A DNA stretch of 64,000 nt from an uncultured Alcaligenaceae bacterium (GTDB lineage: Bacteria > Pseudomonadota > Gammaproteobacteria > Burkholderiales > Casimicrobiaceae). Below the pieces are notes generated by a model. It made no database searches. It was not told the DNA's origin and saw only the letters and a program-made list of their open reading frames with translations. Location of the stretch: contig CAZSTF010000001.1 in assembly GCA_964609555.1 (NCBI GenBank), positions 6,119 to 70,118 of the forward strand, read 5' to 3'. Below, piece by piece: positions 47,051-56,125 of this stretch. Position 1 is the first letter of the stretch. Each line of letters starts with the position of its first letter. A program made the translations under genes and the position numbers.

Positions 47051-49492
47051 ATGAGGGGCATCAAGCAATGGGCTGCATGGGGCGTCTTGCTCTGGGCGGG
47101 GGCCGCCACGTCGGCCACGATCACGGTGGATTCGCTCGCCGATGATGTGTTCGTCAACAACGCCGGAGTCACGTTCTCCGATCCCGGATTGACCACGCCC
47201 GTCGCACCGCCCCCACGTTGCACCCTGCGCATGGCGATTGCATCGGCCAATCTGAACATGTCCATCGGCGGGTGCGCTGCAGGCGCCACGGGCGCGGACA
47301 GCGTCGTGTTCTCGGGGGCGCTGACTTTTCCGGCCGTCATCACGCTTGCAAACCATGCGAGCCGCGCAGTTCCGCCGAGCTACCCTGATCCGACGCCGCT
47401 CGGCGTTGCCTCGGCGTTGATCGCGTCGGAGTCGCTCACGATCACCGGCCCGGGGCCCAATCAGCTGACGATCGATGCCACCGCGCCCGGCACGTCCGGT
47501 CACCGTGCGCTGCTGCTCTCGGATGGCGTGTCTTCGACCTTGGCCAATTTCACGGTCAACGATCTGCGGATCGTCGGTGGGCGGTCGGTCAACGGGGGTG
47601 GCGGTTGCCTGTTCTCGTCCGACCATGTGAGCATGACCCGTGTCGTGCTGCAGAACTGCGCGAGCGTGGGGCAGGGCAGCCAGCCCGGGATCGGGGGCGC
47701 AGCTGGCTTCGGCAACACGGACGTGTCGCAGCGACCGAATCTGACGCTCAACGAGGTCACCATCATCGGCAGCCGGGCCGAGCGCGGTTCCTCTACGTTC
47801 TTTCCGTTGGCGGGCGGGCTGTTCGCCGGCTCCTCGACTCGATCGATGGGCACGGTCAGTTTCGATGGCGTGTTGATCTACGGCAACAGTGCCGAGCAGG
47901 TGGGTGGCGTCTGGATCGCCAACGCCAACTCGGTGACGATCACGAACTCCGGCATCATCTCCAACATCGCTTCCGGGGAGCACTCGGCGAGCGCAGCAAC
48001 CAATGGTCGTTACGGCGGGATGCGCATCGAGAATGTTTCCGGCAACGTGACGCTCGGTGTCGCGGTGGTCGGAAACACCGCCAACGTGGAACGCGCCGGA
48101 CTGTCGATCGCCACGGTGGGCGGCACGACCACGATCAACAATGCATCGATCTTCGCCGGCAACCTCGCACTCAACGGTCGCATCGGTGGCTTCGAGGTGC
48201 TCACCGGGACTTTCAATCCGGACGGTTCGTGCAATACGGTCGGCGGCCCGGTCAACATCAGCGAGACCCTGATCGAGAGCAATCGTGCGCCGATTTCCAT
48301 TGGCGGATTCCGCGTTTTTTGTTCGGGCGTGACGACGATCACCGACGTCATCGTGCGTGCCAACGAGTCGACGGGCGGCCCAGCCTACAGCACGTTGTTC
48401 ACGGCCGGCAGCGCTGCGGCAGCTTTCCAGCTGATTGGCCCGATCACCTCGGTCAACATGACCAACGTCACGGTCGAGAGCAACGTCACCACGGCGTTCT
48501 CCGGCACCGGCGGATTCCGCAATGCCGTCGTCGACAATGTCGGTGCGTTCACGGCCGTCGGCCTCAGGGTGCGCAACAACAAGGTGTCGCGCGGCGAGTC
48601 CGGGCTGTCCCTGCTTGCACGCAACGCGAGTCGCACCTACACCATCGTGGACTCCGAGTTCACCGGCAACGTCAATCTCAATGGCAATGGGATGCTGGCG
48701 ATGTCGACTGACGGGGTCTACAACATCGCCAACACGACGTTTGCCCACAACATCATGACCGGTGGTGGCGGCACCATCAATCTCAATGGCCACACGACCA
48801 CGCCGGGCGGCATCACGCTGAACCTGGTCAACGTGACCTCGGCACGCAATCGGGCCGACTTCGCCGAGGCCTTCTACGCGAATGCCTTCGTCTCGCCCGG
48901 AACCCCCATCGGTAGCAATACGACCGTGAACGTCGTCAACAGCCTGTTCGGCGGTCGCGCCTACCCTGCGCCGGTATCGGTGGCGACCGTCGAACCGGTG
49001 ATCGGCACGTTCAACCGCAGCTACAGTCTGGTCGAGTTCTTTTCCGGTCACGGGCAGGATTTCTGCGTCGGCACCGGCATGAAATGCAACATGGATGCCA
49101 AGATCGACAATGCGCTGTCGCTCGACCCGGCGATCAGCCGCACGATGGCCCTCCGAAGCGGCAGCCCTGCGCTTGACGCCGGCAACAATGCGGCAGCAAC
49201 GTCCGCCGGCCTGACCAACGACCAGCGGGGCCCGGGCGCCGCACGCATCGTCAACGCGGTGGTCGACATGGGGGCCTATGAATCGCTTCCGCTGCCCCCG
49301 GTCACGGCGTGCAACCTCGACATGGACGGTGATGCCCAGGTGCAGGCGACCAAGGAGGGACTGGTCCTGCTCCGCTCGATGCTCGGCCTCAACGCAGCGG
49401 CCGCTGTTGCAGGCACGGGTATCACAGAAGCGCAGTGGAACGCGACGCGCGCCAACCTCAACGCCAACTGCGGGACGAGCCTCGGGGGGTAA
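47051..49492 (+). CDS. Secreted beta-helix/adhesin-like protein with choice-of-anchor-Q-like segment and C-terminal dockerin-like tag
   Basis: Signal peptide, ITVDSLAD...CTLR.AI..AN (CSLREA-like), Gly/Asn-rich repeats, GSPALDAG...DQRG...R.....DMGAYE, then CNLDMDGD...EGLVLLRSMLG...NCG. Confidence 0.75.
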   Translation: MRGIKQWAAWGVLLWAGAATSATITVDSLADDVFVNNAGVTFSDPGLTTPVAPPPRCTLRMAIASANLNMSIGGCAAGATGADSVVFSGALTFPAVITLANHASRAVPPSYPDPTPLGVASALIASESLTITGPGPNQLTIDATAPGTSGHRALLLSDGVSSTLANFTVNDLRIVGGRSVNGGGGCLFSSDHVSMTRVVLQNCASVGQGSQPGIGGAAGFGNTDVSQRPNLTLNEVTIIGSRAERGSSTFFPLAGGLFAGSSTRSMGTVSFDGVLIYGNSAEQVGGVWIANANSVTITNSGIISNIASGEHSASAATNGRYGGMRIENVSGNVTLGVAVVGNTANVERAGLSIATVGGTTTINNASIFAGNLALNGRIGGFEVLTGTFNPDGSCNTVGGPVNISETLIESNRAPISIGGFRVFCSGVTTITDVIVRANESTGGPAYSTLFTAGSAAAAFQLIGPITSVNMTNVTVESNVTTAFSGTGGFRNAVVDNVGAFTAVGLRVRNNKVSRGESGLSLLARNASRTYTIVDSEFTGNVNLNGNGMLAMSTDGVYNIANTTFAHNIMTGGGGTINLNGHTTTPGGITLNLVNVTSARNRADFAEAFYANAFVSPGTPIGSNTTVNVVNSLFGGRAYPAPVSVATVEPVIGTFNRSYSLVEFFSGHGQDFCVGTGMKCNMDAKIDNALSLDPAISRTMALRSGSPALDAGNNAAATSAGLTNDQRGPGAARIVNAVVDMGAYESLPLPPVTACNLDMDGDAQVQATKEGLVLLRSMLGLNAAAAVAGTGITEAQWNATRANLNANCGTSLGG

Positions 49493-49671
49493 GGGTCGCA
49501 TCGATGCTTGCCTTTGGGGTCCAAGCAGAATATGATGATGTCATGATCCGCCGAGGGCTGTGTCTCGCTTTCGACCATGAGCACGTGATGTAACCCGTCT
49601 GTAGTGTCGCAATCCGTACAGTTTTCTCGTTCTTTCCGTTAGCATCCAGTCGTCTTAGGGGGTATTCCGCC

Positions 49672-50952
49672 ATGGTGCAGTCCAGTTTCCGGCTTGCGTT
49701 CAGGTCTGTCGCCGCAGGCGTCTGCGCGTCGTTCGCCGCGCTCGCCTTGATTCCCGCGCACGCGGCTCAGGTGGTTGATCCCATCCACGTTTCGGGCGGC
49801 AACCGTACGGCAGGCGACAACCTTTCGACCGGCTCCATCACGATGCCGGCGGGTACGACGATGACCTTCGACGTGCGCTACAGCGTCAGCGGGTCGCAGA
49901 CGGCCAATGAAGCCGGGCTGGGCCTGAAACTCCGCTATGACGCCAACCGTTTCGACAACGTCAACGTCACGGCGGTCAACGCAGCGGGCGGCAACTTCAC
50001 CGACGTGACCAACATGCTTACCAAGTGTGCGGTCGCGGCCCCAAGCGATCAGGCTGGCACTTATTCCATCTCCGGCTTCACGACGCCCCGCGAGGTCATC
50101 TTCGGCTGGCTTGATACCAGCGTCCGCACGGGCGGCGCAGTGGGCTGGCCGGGAACCGCGGATCCCGCCGCCCCCAACGGCTGCCTCAATCCGGGGTTCA
50201 CGACCGCGACCGGAGCCACGACGCCGCCGTCGGCGCTTTTCCGCGTCACCTTGCGCACGAAGGCCGGCTTCACCAGCGGCTCATCCATTGTGCGACTGAC
50301 GGCCGACGGGAATATTTCCTTTGCGAACGCATCCCCCGGGATGACCGACAAGGACATTACCGTCAACGGTGCGGCCGCGCCGTCGTTCTCGCTGGCCGCG
50401 TCCAACCCGTACGTCTCTCGCAAGACCCACGGCGCTGCCGGTACCTTCGACCTGCCGCTTGACCCGGCGGGTGCTGCATCGGGAACGACGATCACCGTCG
50501 AGCCGCGCCAGGCGGTCAGCGGCAGTCACACCATCGTCATCACGTTCAACTCGGCGGTTTCCGCGGCCGAGTATCCGGCCGCCAATATCGCCGCCACCCA
50601 AGTCGCTGGCGGCGCAGGTGCGCTACCGACGACGGTCAGCTACTCCGGGTCGAGCGTCATCATCACGGTCGGCAACGCAGGCACGCCCGTGCCGAATGGG
50701 CGGAGAATCCAGGTGACGGCCACGGGCGCTGGCGCTGCGACCGGCTTGAATCCGAGCATTGTGTTCGGGACGCTCGTTGGGGACGTCAATAACTCTCGAG
50801 GGGTTACGTCGGCGGATATCACGCAAGTGCGAAGCACCTCCGGCGCTACAGTCACAGGAGCGAATTTCCGCAATGATCTGAATGTTTCGGGTGGCATTAC
50901 AAGTGCGGACATCACTGTCGTGCGCAGTGCATCCGGCACATCCCTGCCTTAA
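49672..50952 (+). CDS. Secreted protein: cohesin-like domain, Ig-like linker and C-terminal dockerin-like domain
   Basis: Signal peptide ending AHA. Beta-sandwich with FDVRY, GLGLKLRYD, FGWLD, GWPG and LFRVTL. Duplicated Ca-loop/helix repeats GDVNNSRGVTSADITQVR and DLNVSGGITSADITVVR (50779-50949). Confidence 0.72.
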   Translation: MVQSSFRLAFRSVAAGVCASFAALALIPAHAAQVVDPIHVSGGNRTAGDNLSTGSITMPAGTTMTFDVRYSVSGSQTANEAGLGLKLRYDANRFDNVNVTAVNAAGGNFTDVTNMLTKCAVAAPSDQAGTYSISGFTTPREVIFGWLDTSVRTGGAVGWPGTADPAAPNGCLNPGFTTATGATTPPSALFRVTLRTKAGFTSGSSIVRLTADGNISFANASPGMTDKDITVNGAAAPSFSLAASNPYVSRKTHGAAGTFDLPLDPAGAASGTTITVEPRQAVSGSHTIVITFNSAVSAAEYPAANIAATQVAGGAGALPTTVSYSGSSVIITVGNAGTPVPNGRRIQVTATGAGAATGLNPSIVFGTLVGDVNNSRGVTSADITQVRSTSGATVTGANFRNDLNVSGGITSADITVVRSASGTSLP

Positions 50953-50984
50953 TCTTCATGACCTTCAAGGTGAGTCCTACATCT

Positions 50985-53042
50985 ATGAACACCCATTACC
51001 GTTCGGCGCTCCGAGCGCTTCTGGCAGGCGCTTTGACGCTAACCGCCCAAATTGCGTCTGGGCAGTCGCTCACATTCAGTGCTGGAACCGGTTGCGGAGG
51101 TGCCACGTCAGCAACCTTCACACCGGGCGGGAGCGCAATCACGGTCTCGGTTTGCGCAACTGCACCAGCATCTACGTGCGGAGCAACGATTCAGGTTCAG
51201 TCAACTGTCTCGCAGTCGAACACCTTCCAACTCACGGGGCGGACCCGCGGTGCCGCGTTTGATACCGACAACGCTATCTCCTACAGCTTTGGCGCGGGAA
51301 CCATCACGAATCCGCTCAATACACAGGATCTCGGTGCAACCAATGGAACTCCGGTCGCTGCTGCGTCAGGAGTCGTGGTGGCCACCCTCTCGATCACACC
51401 GCCCGCTGTGGCGCCCGATTCGTCTTATGTAATTAGCTTGGCAGGACTTTCGAGTCTTACGACAACATCTACAACCTGTGCAGAGGCGATCGAGGCGGAA
51501 TCTACAGGTGCAACGTTTACGTTTAACAAGGCTGTTGCACCAGCGACAGCTCAATTCACCATCTCCGGCCCTGTGAATGTGACCGAAGGCGGTGCTACGG
51601 GAACGGCGACCGTTTCCTGCACAGGCGCGCTTGACAGCAACAACACGCCGATCACGGTTCCTTACACGCTGACCGGTGCCGCGGGCAACTTCACGGTCTC
51701 TCCGGCCTCACCGCTGACGTTCAACAGCTGCCCCTCGACCCAGGCTCTCACGGTTACCCCGCGCGCAGAGGACACGACAATCCAAGGTGCGGTCTCGGGG
51801 TCCATCGTCCTCGGTACCCCAAGCGGGGGTTCTCTGGGCACACCGTCTTCCTCCACCGTCAACGTGGCCGACAACGATGCGCTGCCGAGCGTGAGCGTGG
51901 CTGCGAGTGGTACCTGTGCCGAGCCGTCGACGAACTGCAGCTTCACGGTGACCGCGACCAGCAATACGACACCGCCGCAGACGGGCGCTGGCCCGAGCGT
52001 GCCCTTTACGCTGGGCGGAACGGCGACCAATACGGCGGATTACAAGCTGGTGCTCGGCACTGATTGCGCCGCTGCCGCAGCTGCTTCTCCGGTTGCGACC
52101 ACGTTTGGAACACCGACCGTGTACACCGTCTGCGTGGTCGACGACGCGTCGCCCGAGCCTACTGAGACCGTGACTTTCACGCTGACAGCTGGCGCGGGGT
52201 ATACCTTGGGCACAGCATCAGCCTCCGTCAACATCACCGATGACGATGGCCCGCAGACCGTAACCATCGCGGTTGCCCCCGCAAGCGTGGCCGAAAACAG
52301 CGGTACACCGCTGGTTTACACGGTGACTCGCTCGGGCGGCAGTACTGCACAACAAGCCGCTCCGCTGACGGTCAACCTCACCGGTCCCGCGACGAGCAGC
52401 CGCTACAGCACGACCTGCGCCTCGACGATCACCATTGCGGGTGGAGCGACGACCGCGACCTGCTCGGTTACGCCGATCGACAACGCCACGGTTGACGGCA
52501 GCGTCACCGCAGTGGTGTCCATCGCCGCAAGTGCTGCCTACACCACCGGGTCGCCCGCCAGCGCCACCGGCACGATCACCGATGATGATGTGGCTGTCCA
52601 AGCGGTCGCGGGCGCAACCGGGACCGCGGCGAACAGCAGCGTCGTTGAGGGCGGCCTCGTGGTCTTCAGTGTCGCCTGCCCGGTCAACCCGACACCGACG
52701 ACGTTCAACTACACGGTGACGCCCGCCCTCACGACCGGTGACGCATTCACGACCGGCTCGTCCTCCGGTTCGGTGACGTGCCCGGCCGCGGGCGGCAACG
52801 TGGTTGCGGTCGAGATCCAGACCATCAACGACACGACCATCGGCAACAACCGGACGTACACGTTCACGATCAGCGAGCCGGCGCCCGGAGCGGTGGTCAT
52901 CACCCGCGCCTCGGCAACCTTCGCGGTGCTCGACAACGACCAGCCGACGCAGATCCCGACCCTCGGTGCCTTCGGTCTCGGCCTGATGGGGCTTCTGATC
53001 GCTGGCTTCGGCGCGCTCGTGCAGCGTCGCCGGAAGGCTTGA
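50985..53042 (+). CDS. Cell-surface protein with N-terminal cohesin-like domain, Calx-beta-like repeats and IPTL-CTERM sorting signal
   Basis: ATG at 50985 (AAGGTGAG upstream), signal peptide, repeated modules with V.E...T.T and I.D.D ends. C-terminus QIPTLGAFGLGLMGLLIAGFGALVQRRRKA. Confidence 0.8.
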   Translation: MNTHYRSALRALLAGALTLTAQIASGQSLTFSAGTGCGGATSATFTPGGSAITVSVCATAPASTCGATIQVQSTVSQSNTFQLTGRTRGAAFDTDNAISYSFGAGTITNPLNTQDLGATNGTPVAAASGVVVATLSITPPAVAPDSSYVISLAGLSSLTTTSTTCAEAIEAESTGATFTFNKAVAPATAQFTISGPVNVTEGGATGTATVSCTGALDSNNTPITVPYTLTGAAGNFTVSPASPLTFNSCPSTQALTVTPRAEDTTIQGAVSGSIVLGTPSGGSLGTPSSSTVNVADNDALPSVSVAASGTCAEPSTNCSFTVTATSNTTPPQTGAGPSVPFTLGGTATNTADYKLVLGTDCAAAAAASPVATTFGTPTVYTVCVVDDASPEPTETVTFTLTAGAGYTLGTASASVNITDDDGPQTVTIAVAPASVAENSGTPLVYTVTRSGGSTAQQAAPLTVNLTGPATSSRYSTTCASTITIAGGATTATCSVTPIDNATVDGSVTAVVSIAASAAYTTGSPASATGTITDDDVAVQAVAGATGTAANSSVVEGGLVVFSVACPVNPTPTTFNYTVTPALTTGDAFTTGSSSGSVTCPAAGGNVVAVEIQTINDTTIGNNRTYTFTISEPAPGAVVITRASATFAVLDNDQPTQIPTLGAFGLGLMGLLIAGFGALVQRRRKA

Positions 53043-53082
53043 GCCCATGGCATGACTGACGCGGCCTGACCGCGCTCAGAAC

Positions 53083-53111
53083 GAAAGCCCGCTTCGGCGG
53101 GCTTTTCTTTT
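53083..53111 (+). terminator. Intrinsic terminator (possibly bidirectional) after the IPTL-CTERM gene
   Basis: GAAAGCCCGC-TTCG-GCGGGCTTTT-CTTTT. Confidence 0.85.
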
Positions 53112-53152
53112 GGTCGCTTTGGCGCGAAACCCGGCGCGAGGTGGATTGGCGA

Positions 53153-54463
53153 TCAATCCGTCGTGAAGAGGGCAATTGATTCCACGTGCGCGGTGTGCGG
53201 GAACATGTTGGCCACGCCTGCGCCGCGCAGTCGGTAGCCGCGGTCATGCACGAGCACGGCGGCGTCGCGCGCGAGCGTGGCCGGGTTGCAGCTCACATAG
53301 ACGATGCGCTCAAGGCATGAATCGGCCGCCAAGGGCAGGTGCTTGACCACGTCAATCGCCCCGTCGCGCGGAGGATCGATCAGCATCTTGTTCGCGGGGG
53401 GCAGGCTGGAAAACCAGCGCTCGCCAATCTCGAACAGGTTCTCGGCGCGAAACGTGCAGCGCTCGGCGAGTCCATTGTCAGCCGCGTTTTGCGCCGCCCG
53501 GCGGGTGAGGGCCTCCGCGCCTTCGATGCCAAGCACCGAGGCGGCGCGTTGCGCGATGGGGAGCGTGAAGTTGCCGAGGCCACAGAAGAGGTCGATGACC
53601 CGATCCTGGGACGCCAAGTCGAGCAAGGTCATCGCCCGACGAACGAGCATCGCATTGATGTGCGGATTGACCTGGGTGAACTCGGTGGGCGAGAAGCGAT
53701 AACGCAGGCCGAACTCTTCGAGCGCGTAGCCCAGGTCGTCCGTGACACCGGGCAGCGGATGCGCGGTCTCCGGCCCCTTGGGCTGAGGCCACCAGCGCAC
53801 GCCATGGGCCTGTCCGAACGCACGCAGGGCATCGGCATCCGCCGATCCGACGGGCTCGAGATGGCGCAGCACGAGTACCGGGGCACCATCGCCCTGCGCG
53901 TACTCGATCTGCGGCACGCGATCGCGGATCGTGAGGCTGGCCACCAAGTCGCGCAGCGCCGGGAGCAGGGACGAGATCGCCGGGGGGAGTACATGGCACT
54001 CCCGCATGTCGGCCACGTAGCTCGAGCGCCGCTCGTGAAAGCCAACGAGAACGCCGCCCTTCTTGGGCACGTGCCGCACCGAGAGCCGGGCGCGTGTTCG
54101 GTAGCCCCAGGCGGGGCCGCTGATCGGAGGGTAGATGATGTCGGGGCGCACGTTGCCGATCCGCGCGAGGTTGTCCTCGAGCACGCGCTGCTTGGCGGCC
54201 ACCTGCGCGGTGGCCTCAAGGTGCTGCATGCTGCAGCCGCCACAGACCCCGAAGTGCGGGCAGCGCGGCGCTGTCCGCTGCGCGGAGGGCGTCGTGATCT
54301 GCTCGACCATCGCACGGTCGTAGCTCGCCTTCTGGCGGATGATGCGGGCCTCGACCTCCTCGCCAGGAAGCGCACCCTCCACGAAAACCGTCTTGCCCGC
54401 AAGACGGGCGATACCCTGTCCTTCGTGGTCGATGGACTCGATCGACAGTGAAACAGTGCTCAA
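53153..54463 (-). CDS. rlmD: 23S rRNA (uracil-1939-C5)-methyltransferase
   Basis: TRAM domain, CPHFGVCGGC, F.QVN, DLFCGLGNF, DPPR.GA, YVSCNPATLARD and MFPHT.HVES. Confidence 0.95.
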   Translation of the reverse strand: MSTVSLSIESIDHEGQGIARLAGKTVFVEGALPGEEVEARIIRQKASYDRAMVEQITTPSAQRTAPRCPHFGVCGGCSMQHLEATAQVAAKQRVLEDNLARIGNVRPDIIYPPISGPAWGYRTRARLSVRHVPKKGGVLVGFHERRSSYVADMRECHVLPPAISSLLPALRDLVASLTIRDRVPQIEYAQGDGAPVLVLRHLEPVGSADADALRAFGQAHGVRWWPQPKGPETAHPLPGVTDDLGYALEEFGLRYRFSPTEFTQVNPHINAMLVRRAMTLLDLASQDRVIDLFCGLGNFTLPIAQRAASVLGIEGAEALTRRAAQNAADNGLAERCTFRAENLFEIGERWFSSLPPANKMLIDPPRDGAIDVVKHLPLAADSCLERIVYVSCNPATLARDAAVLVHDRGYRLRGAGVANMFPHTAHVESIALFTTD

Positions 54464-54548
54464 GCCGACTCCTGCGGCAGAAAGCCCCGGATTTTGCCAG
54501 CGGGGACCGCGCCGGAAGAGCGGCGAGCGGCTGCCTACAATCGTCGAA

Positions 54549-55637
54549 ATGTGCCGCGCTGCTCAGTTGTCCGAACGCGCTGCCGCTCCGGTCGTGCTTG
54601 CCATCGAGACGTCCACCGAGATTGGGTCCGTGGCGCTCGTCCGCGGTGGCAAGACACTCGCTGAGGCGCACCATGTCGGCGGGCCGGAGCTATCGGCTTG
54701 GGTGCTCCCGGCGATCGAGCGCCTCCTCCATGAAATCGGACTGGCGCAACCCGACGCCGTGGCCTGCGGCATCGGACCCGGCGCCTTCACCGGTGTCCGC
54801 ACCGCCTGCGCCACGGCTCAGGCGCTGGCTTGGGGCTGGTCGGTGCCGCTCCATGCGGTGGGTTCGCTCGATGCCTTTCTCGTGACCCACTTCGCTCACG
54901 CCTTGGACGAAGCCGAATCAACAACTTCGCGCCGCTGGGCGGTGCTGATGGATGCGCGACAGGCGGAAACCTATGCGACCGTGTGGGAGGTAAGCGAATC
55001 GCGCATTGACTCCCTCTCCCCCCGGGAGAGGGTTGGGGTGAGGGCAGGTCTCGAGGCCGAACCCGACGCGTTGCGTGACCCTCACCCGGCCCTGCGGGCC
55101 GGCCTCTCCCACGGGGAGAGGCTTGCGGATTTCGGGGGCTCCCTCTCCCCCCGGGAGAGGGCTGGGGTGAGGGCAGCTCTCAAGGCCCCACCCGACGGGG
55201 GGGCAGCCCCTCACCCGGCCCTGCGGGCCGGCCTCTCCCACGGGGAGAGGCAGCGCGACGCCGCGGGCACTGACTGGCCACCCACCCGGATGTTCCTGCC
55301 CCGGCTTCGTCGCGTGGTCGCGCCCACGCTCGTTGCCGACGCCGTCCTCGCCGCCTGGCTGGCCGAGCACGGTGTCCAGCACGCGTTGGGCAGCGCCTGC
55401 GCGAAGCTCGACGGAGAGGGGCCGCATGGCATCCCCTCGCTCCAACTCGAGCGCGTGCTCAAGCATGCGGCCCTCGGGGTGGGCATGGCCGCAACTCTGC
55501 CCTCGACACGCGTGGAGGTGGATCCGCTCGATCTGCAGCCGCTCTACGTACGCGATCGCGTGGCCCTCACCGAGGCTGAACGCGCTGCCAATCGGCACGG
55601 GCTGGCTGCCCCGTCGAGTGCCGTCGGAGTCTCGTGA
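54549..55637 (+). CDS. tsaB: tRNA t6A biosynthesis protein TsaB with an in-frame repeat insertion
   Basis: LAIETST..GSVAL, GIGPGAFTGVR, DAR..E.Y and C-terminal PLYVRD.VA. Located in the tsaB-rimI-udg operon. Confidence 0.9.
   Translation: MCRAAQLSERAAAPVVLAIETSTEIGSVALVRGGKTLAEAHHVGGPELSAWVLPAIERLLHEIGLAQPDAVACGIGPGAFTGVRTACATAQALAWGWSVPLHAVGSLDAFLVTHFAHALDEAESTTSRRWAVLMDARQAETYATVWEVSESRIDSLSPRERVGVRAGLEAEPDALRDPHPALRAGLSHGERLADFGGSLSPRERAGVRAALKAPPDGGAAPHPALRAGLSHGERQRDAAGTDWPPTRMFLPRLRRVVAPTLVADAVLAAWLAEHGVQHALGSACAKLDGEGPHGIPSLQLERVLKHAALGVGMAATLPSTRVEVDPLDLQPLYVRDRVALTEAERAANRHGLAAPSSAVGVS
55010..55251. repeat. Two tandem REP-like palindromic units (129-bp period) inside tsaB
   Basis: CTCCCTCTCCCCCCGGGAGAGGG..GGGGTGAGGG ... 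CCCTCACCCGGCCCTGCGGGCCGGCCTCTCCCACGGGGAGAGG at 55010-55122 and 55139-55251. Confidence 0.9.
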
Positions 55638-56125
55638 TGTCGCTCAACTTCTGCACGGCGACCGTCGCGATCGCCCGTCCGGAGGACGCACCGACGCTGG
55701 CAGCCATCGATGCGCGGTCGAACTCCCACCCGTGGCGAGAGGCCGATTTCGCATCGGCGTTCCGTCAGGGACATCTGTGCCTAACGGCACGGGACGAAGC
55801 CGCATCCGTCATCGGATTTGCCGTGGGACGCGCCCTGCCGGACGAAGCGGAACTGCTGCTCATCGCCGTCGATCCCGGACAACGCCGCGAAGGCGTCGGA
55901 CGACTGCTGCTGACCACCCTCGAAGCCCGGCTGGCCGAGAGCGGAGCGCGCGTCATGCATCTCGAGGTGCGCGCGAGCAATCACGGCGCCCAACGCTTCT
56001 ATGCGGCGCTCGGCTACACCGTGAGCGGACGGCGCCCGGGCTATTACCCAGCGGGGGCTCACGCGAGCGTGCGGGAGGACGCCATCCTCATGATGCGTTC
56101 GCTGATGACCAAAGGCACGTCATGA
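55634..56125 (+). CDS. rimI: Ribosomal-protein-alanine N-acetyltransferase
   Basis: PW....F, EAELL.IAVDP..RR.G.G, LEVRASN..A..FY, R.GYY and EDAILM. Confidence 0.9.
   Translation: MMSLNFCTATVAIARPEDAPTLAAIDARSNSHPWREADFASAFRQGHLCLTARDEAASVIGFAVGRALPDEAELLLIAVDPGQRREGVGRLLLTTLEARLAESGARVMHLEVRASNHGAQRFYAALGYTVSGRRPGYYPAGAHASVREDAILMMRSLMTKGTS

Noticed and set aside
53049-53060. 12-mer GGCATGACTGAC also found near 61916, both downstream of stop codons
   Set aside because: Too short and with no extended similarity; compatible with chance.
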